This document shows, in pieces, positions 1-9,687 of a stretch of DNA of 32,000 bases. Position 1 is the first letter of the stretch. Each line of letters begins with the position of its first letter. The position numbers and the translations under genes are program-made. Below the pieces are notes generated by a model. It was not told the DNA's origin, did no database searches, and saw only the letters and a program-made list of their open reading frames with translations. Source of the stretch: Psychrobacter cryohalolentis K5 (GTDB lineage: Bacteria; Pseudomonadota; Gammaproteobacteria; Pseudomonadales; Moraxellaceae); assembly GCF_000013905.1 (NCBI RefSeq), contig NC_007969.1, positions 570,001-602,000 of the forward strand, read 5' to 3'.

Positions 1-126
1 AAGGTGCTGGCTCGTGTCAAATGCCGTTAGTCGCTTCAGCATCGGCGACTGCTACGGTTAACAAATAACCAAACCAATTCTCAGCAGATAATGGTTGTAT
101 AGTGAGTTTATTACGAAAGTGTTATA

Positions 127-196
127 GCGCTATTGGTATGAATTTTGCGCAGCCTCTGGGAACGCAGCACGCCAGTAAAATTTATACCAATAGCGC
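127..196. repeat. Long imperfect hairpin with 20-nt arms. The left arm plus interior forms copy A of a ~45-bp repeat family.
   Basis: GCGCTATTGGTATGAATTTT (127-146) pairs with AAAATTTATACCAATAGCGC (177-196) with one mismatch. Read directly from the sequence. Confidence 0.75.
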
Positions 197-227
197 GTTT
201 AAATGTTCATAACATTTTTATTTTTAT

Positions 228-243
228 CTGACTATATAGTCAG
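228..243. repeat. Perfect 16-bp palindrome CTGACTATATAGTCAG
   Basis: The sequence is self-complementary. It lies between the two inverted ~45-bp repeat copies. Confidence 0.9.
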
Positions 244-295
244 GGAAAAGTAATATCGATACATCAAGTACTGCTGATATTCATTTTTCTTGCTT

Positions 296-345
296 GCTGT
301 GCCTACGCAGACAGAGGCTGCAGAAAATTTATACCAGCAGCACTG
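296..345. repeat. Copy B of the ~45-bp repeat, inverted relative to copy A
   Basis: The reverse complement CTGCTGGTATAAATTTTCTGCAGCCTCTGTCTGCGTAGGCAC aligns to CTATTGGTATGAATTTTGCGCAGCCTCTGGGAACGCAGCAC at 130-170. About 34 of 42 positions are identical by hand alignment. Confidence 0.7.
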
Positions 346-377
346 TAGCGTTTTTTGAGATATTTTAACTATAGATA

Positions 378-2003
378 TTACTCTTTTTTAAATTCAGCAA
401 TCACTAATTGTCGTGCCAGTTTATGCTCAACGATTGGCACAGGATAATCAATATCTGCAAAGGTACCATTCTTACTCAGAGCCTTGCGCATTTTATCCTC
501 TCTATGCAAAATGCTGGTAGGAATCGGTTTTAATTCAGGCAGCCAAGTCTTAATGAATATTCCCTCAGTATCATGGCTTTTAGCTTGGCTAAAGGGATTC
601 ATAATACGAAAATAGGGCGCAGAATCTGTACCTGTTGATGCGCTCCACTGCCAGCCACCATTATTAGACGCAAAGTCACCGTCTATCAGCTGTTGCATAA
701 AGTAACGCTCACCCCAGCGCCAATCAATCAATAAATCTTTGGTCAAAAACATCGCGGTAACCATGCGCAAGCGATTGTGCATAAAGCCTGTCGCATTAAG
801 GCAGCGCATCGCTGCATCGACTAATGGCACACCCGTTTTGCCCTCACGCCATGCTGCAAAAGCATCTTCATCATATGACCAGTTGATTTTCTTATCAGTC
901 TCATATTTATAAGCTTGATGGCGGATAAGCTCAGGTTTATAGTCTAAAACATGGCGATAAAAATCTCGCCAAGCCAGCTCGCTTATCCAGCGGTTGATGT
1001 CGTTATTGTCACCGCTGTCAAAGTTGTCACCATCATTTCTACGTAATTTCCCTAGTGCCTGAGTAGCTTGTAAGTAGCAAAGTCTGGGACTGATTGCGCC
1101 AATAGTAAGATAGGTTGATAATTGACTGGTCGCCTGTAAGCTCGGCACATCACGGCTCACATCATAGTTATCGATATCATCCGCGATAAAGTGCTCTAAT
1201 CGATGACAGGCTTCCGCTTCGCCAGCAGGATAAGCAAGGCGCGCTTGGCTAATTTGCTTGTCCGTATCTATATTTTGATAGGATTCATGAGTTTGTAGAT
1301 ATTCTTGATAGTCGTGGACAGTTTTTTTGCACAATGCTTCTATATCTTGAGTAGTGTTTGCACTGTGTTCTGATAATGTTAAATTAACTTGTTTATTATC
1401 TATGATGGCAAGTGCTGTATGAATTTGTATGTCACTAACCTCCAAGGTATGCCGCCATTTTTTATAAAATGGGGTAAACACTTGATACATGCTGTCATCA
1501 TTGGTAGTGATACTTTTCGGTGGTAAGATACATTGGTCATGCCAGCGGATAAACTCAATTTCGTTGTTTGCAAGTTGTTTGGTTAACAGTTCATCCCGCG
1601 CAACCTCATTACCTTCGTACTCATGATTTGCCATTACGCAGCTGATATTATTTGACTCACATAATGCGCTCAACGTAACTATACAATCAGTAAAACTAGG
1701 GCAGACCTGCACGGTTAAAATGATGTTCAACTGATGCAGTTTTTCTGCGAGGATAGGAAGTGTTCGCGCAATATGATCAAGCTGTGTAAGCGACATGTCA
1801 TGTGCCTGCCACTGCTCAGGGGTAAGAAAAAATACCGCGCTGAGCTGAGCATTGTCTTCGTTTGCACGCTCACAAATGGCAGCCAAAGCAGTATTGTCAT
1901 GAACGCGTAGATCACGGCGAAACCACATGAGATAATGAAACTGATGACTATCCTCGACTTTGTTGTGTGAATTATTTTTTATCGCTACCGCCGTTTTAGA
2001 CAT
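378..2003 (-). CDS. phrB: Deoxyribodipyrimidine photolyase (class I CPD photolyase/cryptochrome family)
   Basis: 541-aa ORF with C-terminal FAD-binding signatures: WREGKTGVPLVDAAMR, GFMHNRLRMV, DGDFASNNGGWQW, APYFRIMNP. Confidence 0.93.
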   Translation of the reverse strand: MSKTAVAIKNNSHNKVEDSHQFHYLMWFRRDLRVHDNTALAAICERANEDNAQLSAVFFLTPEQWQAHDMSLTQLDHIARTLPILAEKLHQLNIILTVQVCPSFTDCIVTLSALCESNNISCVMANHEYEGNEVARDELLTKQLANNEIEFIRWHDQCILPPKSITTNDDSMYQVFTPFYKKWRHTLEVSDIQIHTALAIIDNKQVNLTLSEHSANTTQDIEALCKKTVHDYQEYLQTHESYQNIDTDKQISQARLAYPAGEAEACHRLEHFIADDIDNYDVSRDVPSLQATSQLSTYLTIGAISPRLCYLQATQALGKLRRNDGDNFDSGDNNDINRWISELAWRDFYRHVLDYKPELIRHQAYKYETDKKINWSYDEDAFAAWREGKTGVPLVDAAMRCLNATGFMHNRLRMVTAMFLTKDLLIDWRWGERYFMQQLIDGDFASNNGGWQWSASTGTDSAPYFRIMNPFSQAKSHDTEGIFIKTWLPELKPIPTSILHREDKMRKALSKNGTFADIDYPVPIVEHKLARQLVIAEFKKE

Positions 2004-2140
2004 TCATCTATTCCCATATTAATCAATCGCAATCATAAACAAAACTATGAATAAAAGTATGCTAGGATAAGTTTTTGGATGCAATTGATTTGCTCCTTTA
2101 TTAACAAATCATCATATTCAGTCTTTCGCAAGGTTACCTC

Positions 2141-2824
2141 ATGCACGTTAAGTTTTGTGGATTTACTCAACTTGATGATATTAAAGCTGCTGTTAAACTC
2201 AATGCGGACGCCATTGGCTTTGTATTTTATCCGCCAAGTCCTCGTGCGGTTACAATCGAGCAGGCGCAAATATTGAGTGCTGCAGTACCGGCTTTTATCA
2301 GTGTGGTGGCTTTGGTCGTCAATATGCCTGAAGATGAGCTTATTGAACTGGCAAATCATGTCTCTTTTGATATTATCCAATTTCATGGCGATGAAACGCC
2401 CGAGCAGTGCCGTCAGCTGGCAAATCTCGTCAATAAACGTTGGATTAAAGCGTTGCGTGTCAATACTGAACAGGATGCGCTTGAGAGTGTGAATATGCAA
2501 ATTGACAGTTTTGCCGCAGCAGGCGCAAGCAGCATTTTACTAGATGCCTACCATCAGCATAAGTATGGCGGTACAGGCGCACGCTTTGACTGGAGTCTGA
2601 TACCGAATGACAGCTCACTACCGATTATCTTAGCCGGTGGACTTGATGCCGATAATGTCGCTGCCACTTATGACTTACCAATTTATGCCGTTGATGTCAG
2701 CGGTGGGATTGAGTCTGATAAAGGCAAAAAAGACGTTGGCAAAATGCATGCCTTTATGAAATCAGTCAAACGCGACCGATGGCAAAACGAGACGCTTAGC
2801 GAATCTTCGAATATAAGTAGTTAG
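2141..2824 (+). CDS. trpF: N-(5'-phosphoribosyl)anthranilate isomerase
   Basis: N-terminus MHVKFCGFT, plus ILAGGL and VDVSGGIES motifs. It sits directly upstream of trpB-trpA. Confidence 0.9.
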   Translation: MHVKFCGFTQLDDIKAAVKLNADAIGFVFYPPSPRAVTIEQAQILSAAVPAFISVVALVVNMPEDELIELANHVSFDIIQFHGDETPEQCRQLANLVNKRWIKALRVNTEQDALESVNMQIDSFAAAGASSILLDAYHQHKYGGTGARFDWSLIPNDSSLPIILAGGLDADNVAATYDLPIYAVDVSGGIESDKGKKDVGKMHAFMKSVKRDRWQNETLSESSNISS

Positions 2825-2932
2825 CTTTACTGCTGTCAAATTGCCAAAGCAAACTATGTAAACAGTTTTCCCTATAGTTTTTCTAAAAAACAGATATCCT
2901 AAAAAATACCACTTATTACAGTAGGAATTACC

Positions 2933-4207
2933 ATGAGTCATGTCGCTAACAAAGATGTATCTGCCACCGCACACGCTATTAATAGCTTTACTAATCCAGA
3001 AAGCGTGCAAGATTTTAACCAGTATCCTGATGCGCGAGGACATTTTGGCGTCCACGGCGGACGCTTTGTCTCTGAAACCTTGATGGCAGCGTTAGAAGAG
3101 CTAGAAACGTTATATAACACAGTCAAAAAAGACCCTGCATTTTGGGAAGAATATCACAATGATTTGGTCAACTATGTTGGACGCCCAACGCCTCTCTATC
3201 ATGCCAAGCGTCTAAGTGATGAGATTGGCGGTGCGCAGATTTACTTTAAGCGTGAAGATCTTAATCATACTGGCGCGCATAAGGTCAATAATACTATTGG
3301 TCAAGCGCTCCTTGCCAAAATGAGTGGCAAAAAACGTATTATTGCAGAAACTGGAGCAGGGCAACATGGCGTTGCGACGGCGACGATTGCCGCGCGTTTG
3401 GGACTAGAGTGTATCGTTTATATGGGCGCGGACGATGTTGAGCGTCAAAAGATGAACGTCTATCGTATGCGTTTACTTGGTGCGACAGTTGTGCCGGTAA
3501 CATCTGGCTCACGTACTCTCAAAGATGCGATGAATGAAGCCATGCGTGATTGGGTTACCAATGTGGATAGCACATATTATATTATTGGTACGGTTGCAGG
3601 TCCGCATCCTTATCCGTTACTCGTACGCGACTTCCAAGCAATTATTGGTAAAGAAGCGCGTGTGCAACATCTGCAAATGACGGGTAAATTACCAGATGCG
3701 CTAGTCGCTTGTGTTGGCGGCGGCTCAAATGCCATTGGTCTATTCTTTGACTTCTTAAATGATAATGACGTTAAAATGTATGGCGTGGAAGCAACAGGTG
3801 ATGGTATTGAGACGGGTCGTCATTCTGCACCATTAGCTGCTGGTCGTATTGGTGTATTACACGGTAACCGTACTTACTTGATGGCCGATGATGAAGGTCA
3901 AATCCAAGAAACCCATTCTATCTCAGCTGGTCTTGATTACCCTGGTGTTGGTCCTGAGCATAGCTTCTTAAAAGATATGAAGCGTGTTGAATATGTTGGT
4001 TGTACCGATAAGGAGTCGTTAGAAGGTTTCCATGAAGTCACGCGTAAAGAAGGCATCATTCCGGCGCTTGAATCTGCTCATGCGGTTGCTTATGCACTAA
4101 AGCTGGCTAAAACGATGACGCCTGATCAAACCATTATCGTCAATATGTCTGGTCGCGGTGATAAAGATTTGCATTCGGTGATGAAGGCAGAAGGGATTGA
4201 GCTTTAA
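2933..4207 (+). CDS. trpB: Tryptophan synthase beta chain
   Basis: PLP-lysine motif [11 protein letters not shown], plus GGGSNAIG and GRGDKD. 424 aa. Confidence 0.97.
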   Translation: MSHVANKDVSATAHAINSFTNPESVQDFNQYPDARGHFGVHGGRFVSETLMAALEELETLYNTVKKDPAFWEEYHNDLVNYVGRPTPLYHAKRLSDEIGGAQIYFKREDLNHTGAHKVNNTIGQALLAKMSGKKRIIAETGAGQHGVATATIAARLGLECIVYMGADDVERQKMNVYRMRLLGATVVPVTSGSRTLKDAMNEAMRDWVTNVDSTYYIIGTVAGPHPYPLLVRDFQAIIGKEARVQHLQMTGKLPDALVACVGGGSNAIGLFFDFLNDNDVKMYGVEATGDGIETGRHSAPLAAGRIGVLHGNRTYLMADDEGQIQETHSISAGLDYPGVGPEHSFLKDMKRVEYVGCTDKESLEGFHEVTRKEGIIPALESAHAVAYALKLAKTMTPDQTIIVNMSGRGDKDLHSVMKAEGIEL

Positions 4208-4321
4208 TAGCTACTTTTTAGTAACAACTGGATTATTCCTTGGAAGAAAAATTACTGATTTGACCCGTTATTATTAAATAAAGGGTCAAATGAGCCAGTT
4301 TATAATAATTAAGAGACCACT

Positions 4322-5140
4322 ATGACCCGAATTGAAAGCACCTTTGAAACCCTAAAAGCACAAAATAAAAAAGCACTCATCCCTTATGTGATGGCAGGCG
4401 ATCCCAATCCAAGCAACTTTGTTGGCTTGCTGCATGATTTAGTCAAGCATGGCGCAGATATGATTGAAGTGGGCTTACCATTTTCTGACCCAATGGCAGA
4501 TGGTCCTACAGTAGCATTGGCAGGCGAGCGTGCATTAGCAGCGGGTACGAGCACTCGTGATGCACTAAAGATGGTCAAAGAGTTCCGTCAGCAAGATACG
4601 CAGACGCCAATTATCCTGATGGGTTACCTTAATCCAGTAGAGATTATCGGTTATGATAACTTTGTCTCTTTATGTGAGCAGTCAGGCGTCGATGGTATTT
4701 TGATGGTTGATTTGCCGCCAGCAGAAGCGGGTAGCTTTACCCAGCATTTGACTGAGCACGCGATGAATGAGATTTTCTTATTATCACCAACTACGCTGGC
4801 TGAACGTCGTCAGCAAGTATTGACCCATTGCGGTGGTTATATCTACTACGTGTCTTTAAAAGGCGTGACGGGTTCAGCAACGCTAGATACTGACGATGTT
4901 GCAAAGCAAGTACAGGCCATTAAAGCAGAGACAGATTTGCCAGTATGTGTGGGCTTTGGTATTCGTGATGCAACTTCTGCCAAAGCAATTGGTGCTCATG
5001 CGGATGGTATTATCGTCGGTAGTGCATTGGTACAGAACTTTGCTGATATCGATGCCAATGATATCACTGCAGTCGCTAATGCTCAGCAAAAAATTATGGC
5101 AAAAATGGATGAGTTACGCGGCGCACTCGATAGTTTATAA
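4322..5140 (+). CDS. trpA: Tryptophan synthase alpha chain
   Basis: Motifs ALIPYVMAGDP, EVGLPFSDPMADGP and VGFGI. 272 aa, downstream of trpB. Confidence 0.95.
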   Translation: MTRIESTFETLKAQNKKALIPYVMAGDPNPSNFVGLLHDLVKHGADMIEVGLPFSDPMADGPTVALAGERALAAGTSTRDALKMVKEFRQQDTQTPIILMGYLNPVEIIGYDNFVSLCEQSGVDGILMVDLPPAEAGSFTQHLTEHAMNEIFLLSPTTLAERRQQVLTHCGGYIYYVSLKGVTGSATLDTDDVAKQVQAIKAETDLPVCVGFGIRDATSAKAIGAHADGIIVGSALVQNFADIDANDITAVANAQQKIMAKMDELRGALDSL

Positions 5141-5402
5141 GCACCCGCTCAAACAGTTGGGCAAGTTATCGTCACAATATTTATGAGGGTATTTATAACA
5201 ATGTTTATAAAGACACAGGCAAATGGCTTTGCTAAAGTTAGTTTACGTGTGTAAACTAACATCACATATAAATGGTCACAGTTATGCATTAGCGTGCCTT
5301 ATAATTGCTAAAGTCATGAGGATATGTGACGATTAAACTGATTCTTATAAATGGACTCTTACGGACAAGTGCACAAGTGAGCTTGCCAATAAGCCTTAGA
5401 TA

Positions 5403-6356
5403 ATGGCGAATAATATGACTGATACGATGACAAAACCTGATATAAATAACGATAGTACAAGCCTACAGCAAAATGGCAATAAAGCTGGTCAATCATGGTT
5501 TGAGCGCCCGATTCCGGGTATCAAACAGCAACTAACGGCGCAATTGACCGCTGTAGAGACAGAGCCTTCTACAAAATGCAGCAGCTGCCATTCGATCATT
5601 ACTAATACAGCGCTGATTTTTAACTGTTACGTGTGCCCGCATTGTGACCATCATCTGCCAATGAGTGCTCGTGAGCGCTTGAACTGGCTGCTCGATCAAG
5701 TAGAAGGCGAGCTTGGGCAAGAGTTTACCGCCAAAGACCCGCTAAAGTTTGTAGACAGTAAGCCGTATCCAAGTCGCATGGCAGAAGCACAAGAAAAAAC
5801 GAAAGAGAGTGAAGCGCTGATTGTGCTATATGGCAAATTGCGCAATCTCGATATCGTAACTTGTGCCTTTGACTTTCGATTTATGGGTGGCTCTATGGGC
5901 TCAGTGGTTGGCGACCGATTTGTCCAAGCTGCCGAAAAAGCCCTCGCAGACAGAGTACCTTTGGTCTGTTTCGCTGCCTCTGGTGGTGCGCGTATGCAAG
6001 AAGGCTTGCTATCACTCATGCAAATGGCAAGAACAGCAGCAGCAATTGAGCGTTTGAGAATTGCTGGCGTGCCATATATCGTGGTACTGACCAATCCTGT
6101 TTATGGCGGTGTGACCGCATCTCTTGCGATGCTTGGTGACATTCACTTAGCAGAACCAAAAGCTATGATTGGCTTTGCTGGTAAGCGTGTGATTGAACAG
6201 ACAGTACGTGAGACACTAGAAGAGCCGTTTCAACGTGCAGAGTTTTTGCTAGAGCATGGTGTGGTTGACGAAGTGGTACATCGTCATCAAATGATTGATA
6301 CCATTTATCGTCTGCTGGCGAAACTGTGTAGCGTACCCAATGTTGATGTTCAGTAG
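5403..6356 (+). CDS. accD: Acetyl-CoA carboxylase carboxyltransferase beta subunit
   Basis: Zinc-ribbon CSSC...CPHCDHH followed by a carboxyltransferase core (FMGGSMG, GGARMQEG). It has a ~30-aa N-terminal extension relative to the E. coli protein as I remember it. Confidence 0.95.
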   Translation: MANNMTDTMTKPDINNDSTSLQQNGNKAGQSWFERPIPGIKQQLTAQLTAVETEPSTKCSSCHSIITNTALIFNCYVCPHCDHHLPMSARERLNWLLDQVEGELGQEFTAKDPLKFVDSKPYPSRMAEAQEKTKESEALIVLYGKLRNLDIVTCAFDFRFMGGSMGSVVGDRFVQAAEKALADRVPLVCFAASGGARMQEGLLSLMQMARTAAAIERLRIAGVPYIVVLTNPVYGGVTASLAMLGDIHLAEPKAMIGFAGKRVIEQTVRETLEEPFQRAEFLLEHGVVDEVVHRHQMIDTIYRLLAKLCSVPNVDVQ

Positions 6357-6464
6357 ATAGTAAAAATAAAAACACGTGGGTTAGATTCAAGCAGCTGTTT
6401 TATAATTTCGCTGCATAATGATCGAGCGGCGTGCTAATATCTGCCAAATATGTAAAACTAATGA

Positions 6465-6502
6465 ATAGCATTTATCGTGTATAACGGTAAATGCTATTTT
6501 TG
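6465..6502 (+). terminator. Rho-independent terminator after accD
   Basis: ATAGCATTTATCG (6465-6477) pairs with CGGTAAATGCTAT (6485-6497) with one mismatch. The loop is 7 nt and a T-run follows. Confidence 0.8.
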
Positions 6503-6585
6503 CTTTGTAGCAAGCTAGTCATACTGTTTTTATTTTTTTATATAAGTTTTATCTTTTATCTCAAACTTTGATATAGGTTCTGTCC

Positions 6586-7959
6586 ATGTCTGATTCTTTA
6601 GTGTCTCGTAGCCCCAGTAGTACCCCTGACAACCAAGCCACTTTAACCGAATGGCTGAATTATATGCAGCAGATTCATGTCTCGGCGATAGATATGGGGC
6701 TGTCACGAGTACTGCCAGTTGCTGAGGCATTGGGAGTCGTACAATCAGCCAAAGATGACGCCTATGTATTTACGGTTGCAGGTACTAATGGCAAAGGCTC
6801 GACGACTGCGGTCATCGCGCAGATGTGCCAAGCCGCAGGATATAAAACTGCCTTATATCAATCGCCGCACTTGAGCGTCTTTAACGAGCGGGTACGGATC
6901 GATGGCGAGATGGTCAGCGATGAAACCCTGATTGCTGCCTTTAGCAAGGTAGAAGCGGCACGGTTGCAATGTGATTTAACATTGTCATTTTTTGAGATGA
7001 CAACACTGGCAGCATTGTTGATATTCGCGGAAGCGGATTGCGATGTTTGGGTGTTAGAAGTAGGGCTGGGCGGTCGCTTAGACGTGGTCAATATCATCGA
7101 CCCTGATATGGCAGTGATTACCAATATTGCCATCGATCATGTTGATTGGTTGGGTGATAATGTGGAAGCCATCGGAGCGGAAAAAGCAGGTATTTTACGT
7201 GATGGGATTAGCGTCATTTACGGTGCTACAGAGATGCCAAATAGCGTACAGCAAGCGATAGATAAGCATCAGGCGACTTGTTATCAAGTCAGTAAAGAGT
7301 TCAGCTATTGTGAAAATAATTCGACTAGGTGGCAATATAGCAATGCCGCTGTCACTCTACAATTGCCTCGACCCGCACTGTCATTGACCAATACTGCCAA
7401 TGCTCTGTCAGCAGTACTTGCAAGTCCCTTAGACGTCGATACCAATGCTATAGAGCAAGCGCTAAAAACAGTTAAGCTTGCCGGTCGCTTCGATTATCGT
7501 GAAGTCCATGAGCGTCATTGGCTATTTGATGTGGCGCATAATGATCAAGGCGTTGAGTTTTTATTGGCACAGTTAGTGCCGCTTTGGCAGCAGCATTTAA
7601 CACAGCAAAGTACATCTGAACAAGTTAATCAAACTTCAGGTGAACCTGCTACCATTAAAATGTTGTTTTCTATGCTAGGTGATAAAGATATTAATAAAGT
7701 GGTGCAGCGTTTGACGACAGCAGGCTTACCAATCAGTGATTGGTTCATCGCTGAAATTGATTATCCACGTGCTGCCACTACGGAGCATTTGCAAGGTATC
7801 TTAGCGAGCTATGTCGATGATTCTCAGATACATGAGTTTGCGCGTTTGCAAGAAGCCACTCATGCGATTATAAATGCCAGTCAGCCACAAGATTTAATCG
7901 TAGTCTGTGGCTCTTTTCATACGATTGGAGAGGCATTGTCTACGCTTGAAACGCGATAA
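6586..7959 (+). CDS. folC: Bifunctional folylpolyglutamate synthase / dihydrofolate synthase
   Basis: Mur-ligase type P-loop AGTNGKGST and 457 aa. accD-folC synteny matches enterobacteria and pseudomonads. Confidence 0.9.
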   Translation: MSDSLVSRSPSSTPDNQATLTEWLNYMQQIHVSAIDMGLSRVLPVAEALGVVQSAKDDAYVFTVAGTNGKGSTTAVIAQMCQAAGYKTALYQSPHLSVFNERVRIDGEMVSDETLIAAFSKVEAARLQCDLTLSFFEMTTLAALLIFAEADCDVWVLEVGLGGRLDVVNIIDPDMAVITNIAIDHVDWLGDNVEAIGAEKAGILRDGISVIYGATEMPNSVQQAIDKHQATCYQVSKEFSYCENNSTRWQYSNAAVTLQLPRPALSLTNTANALSAVLASPLDVDTNAIEQALKTVKLAGRFDYREVHERHWLFDVAHNDQGVEFLLAQLVPLWQQHLTQQSTSEQVNQTSGEPATIKMLFSMLGDKDINKVVQRLTTAGLPISDWFIAEIDYPRAATTEHLQGILASYVDDSQIHEFARLQEATHAIINASQPQDLIVVCGSFHTIGEALSTLETR

Positions 7960-8189
7960 TTTACGTTAAAACATTGACTGTTTGATGTTAGTCTTAGTAA
8001 TAGCGTGGTGGCAGACAGCATGAAAAATATGCTTTATAATCAAAGTGATTAAAACCTAGCGCATTAGTATTAAAACGGATGGAAGCAACTGGCGCTAATG
8101 GCTTGCTGATTTAAGCTATCTATAATATAGTTTAAAACAATAACCGCGCCGCCCAATCAACCTTATTACCAACTAAGAGACGTAAACGG

Positions 8190-9386
8190 ATGAATTTTTC
8201 GAGACAAGCCTTATTGGGCATTGGGATGATTATCGGTGGTAGCGTGATGCTATACGCCATGGTACAACAAATTGGTGATACCAATAAATCACAGCCAGCA
8301 TCGGCAATGATCGATCAACCGAGTGCTGAGCCTACGTCTGTACAACCACTGACAACAGATATCGAAACAGAAAAACGTATCTTGGCACAAAAACAAAAAG
8401 AGCGTGCCGCTCGCGTTGCAGAACAAGAAAAGCGTGCTCAGCAGTTCTTAACTGAACAAGAAGCGGCAGAGGCGCAAGCATTGGCAAAAGCACGCGCTGA
8501 AAGTCAGCAATATCTGGCGAGCACCACACCAAGTATCGAAGATAACGTTGATACTAACAGTACTAATGAAGAGGCGACGAAGAACACACTTGCAACACCT
8601 ATATCAGCGCCTTCTAGTGCAGAGGCGTCCACTAATTCCGCTGATGGTGCTGAAGCAAAGAAGAAAGCACTAGCGGAGCAGCAGGCAGCTGAAAGACAAG
8701 CAACTATTAGAGAGCAAGCTGCTGCTAAGAAATTAGCAGATAGCAAAAAAGAAGCAGACGTTAAAAAGCAGGCTGAAGCGCAAGTAGCTGCGCAAAAAAA
8801 GCGCGAGGCGGATGAAGCCGCAAAAAAGACCCCACCTAAGTCGCCCTCTGACTATCAAGTCAAAAGAGGAGATGGGCTGATTAAACTGGCACGCCAGTAC
8901 GATATGCCGGTAGAAGTCTTAGCTCAAGCCAATAATCTCTCACCATCAACATCGCTAAATCTTGGTCAAACCATTACGATCCCATCGCGTAAGCAGGTAG
9001 AGCGTTTAGAGCGAGAAGCAACAGCGGCTGAACAGGCACGTGAAGAAAAGCGTCAAAGAGAAGAAGCTTTAGTGAAAAAGTCAGCAGACGCTAAACGTGA
9101 TGCTCAGCAAAAACTCAGTGAAGCCCGTAAAGAAGTCAAAGAAACCGATGCTAAAGGTAGCTTTGGGGTACAAGTAGCGTTAGCAAACGACCAATCCAAA
9201 GCGGATGAGATGGCAAAAAAATTCCAATCTGCAGGTTATCAAGTTAAGACCAGCCCGACGAGTCGCGGTGTACGGGTTATTGTCGGTCCTGAGCGTGGTA
9301 AAGTAGCCGCTTTAGCCTTGAAGGATAAGATTAATAGTGACCCTAAAGTGAATACCACCAGTGCTTGGGTATTATACTGGCGCTAG
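8190..9386 (+). CDS. Membrane-anchored LysM + SPOR domain protein (DedD/FimV-like, cell-division or peptidoglycan binding)
   Basis: N-terminal TM helix (LLGIGMIIGGSVMLYAMV) and long A/E/K/Q-rich coiled segments. LysM-like YQVKRGDGLIKLARQYDMPVEVLAQANNL...GQTITIP. SPOR-like C-terminus FGVQVALANDQSKADEMAKKFQSAGYQV. It occupies the dedD position after folC. Confidence 0.75.
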   Translation: MNFSRQALLGIGMIIGGSVMLYAMVQQIGDTNKSQPASAMIDQPSAEPTSVQPLTTDIETEKRILAQKQKERAARVAEQEKRAQQFLTEQEAAEAQALAKARAESQQYLASTTPSIEDNVDTNSTNEEATKNTLATPISAPSSAEASTNSADGAEAKKKALAEQQAAERQATIREQAAAKKLADSKKEADVKKQAEAQVAAQKKREADEAAKKTPPKSPSDYQVKRGDGLIKLARQYDMPVEVLAQANNLSPSTSLNLGQTITIPSRKQVERLEREATAAEQAREEKRQREEALVKKSADAKRDAQQKLSEARKEVKETDAKGSFGVQVALANDQSKADEMAKKFQSAGYQVKTSPTSRGVRVIVGPERGKVAALALKDKINSDPKVNTTSAWVLYWR

Positions 9387-9479
9387 ATGTTGTTAAAATG
9401 CTAAACGCATGATAATGAAGTAGCAGCTAAAATCTTAATGAGAGTGCTTTCATATATTATCATTTGATGCTTTATAATT

Positions 9480-9512
9480 AAAACACGACATCTATTGTCG
9501 TGTTTTCGTTTT
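9480..9512 (+). terminator. Rho-independent terminator after the LysM/SPOR gene
   Basis: AAAACACGACA (9480-9490) pairs perfectly with TGTCGTGTTTT (9496-9506). The loop is 5 nt and is followed by TTTTCGTTTT. Confidence 0.85.
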
Positions 9513-9687
9513 AGTGTTTGTCCATTTGCTCATACTTAGCTACCATGAGCACCATTTTTGTTTCTCTCTGTATAACCTGTTAGCCCATAAGGGTCGACCT
9601 GCTGCAGTTAAAGGTAGTTTGTTATGTTAGCTAGGCTAGCATATAGGCAAGCTATCTAACTGCTTAGATATTGCATAAGGTAAAACC

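Noticed and set aside
1-61. Possible 3' end of a plus-strand CDS entering from the left edge (frame 2 is open to the TAA at 59-61)
   Set aside because: Twenty codons are too few to recognise any protein, and frame 1 also stops at 28-30. It is not supportable.
378-2003. Low-complexity insert (GKLRRNDGDNFDSGDNNDINR) in the photolyase. Similar lineage-specific extras occur in Maf (about 30 aa longer than typical) and in the L23 C-terminal tail.
   Set aside because: These look like ordinary lineage-specific loops or tails with no independent evidence of function.
2045-2500. 151-aa minus-strand ORF overlapping the trpF 5' half
   Set aside because: It is antisense to a recognisable trpF, has no motif, and looks like a shadow ORF.
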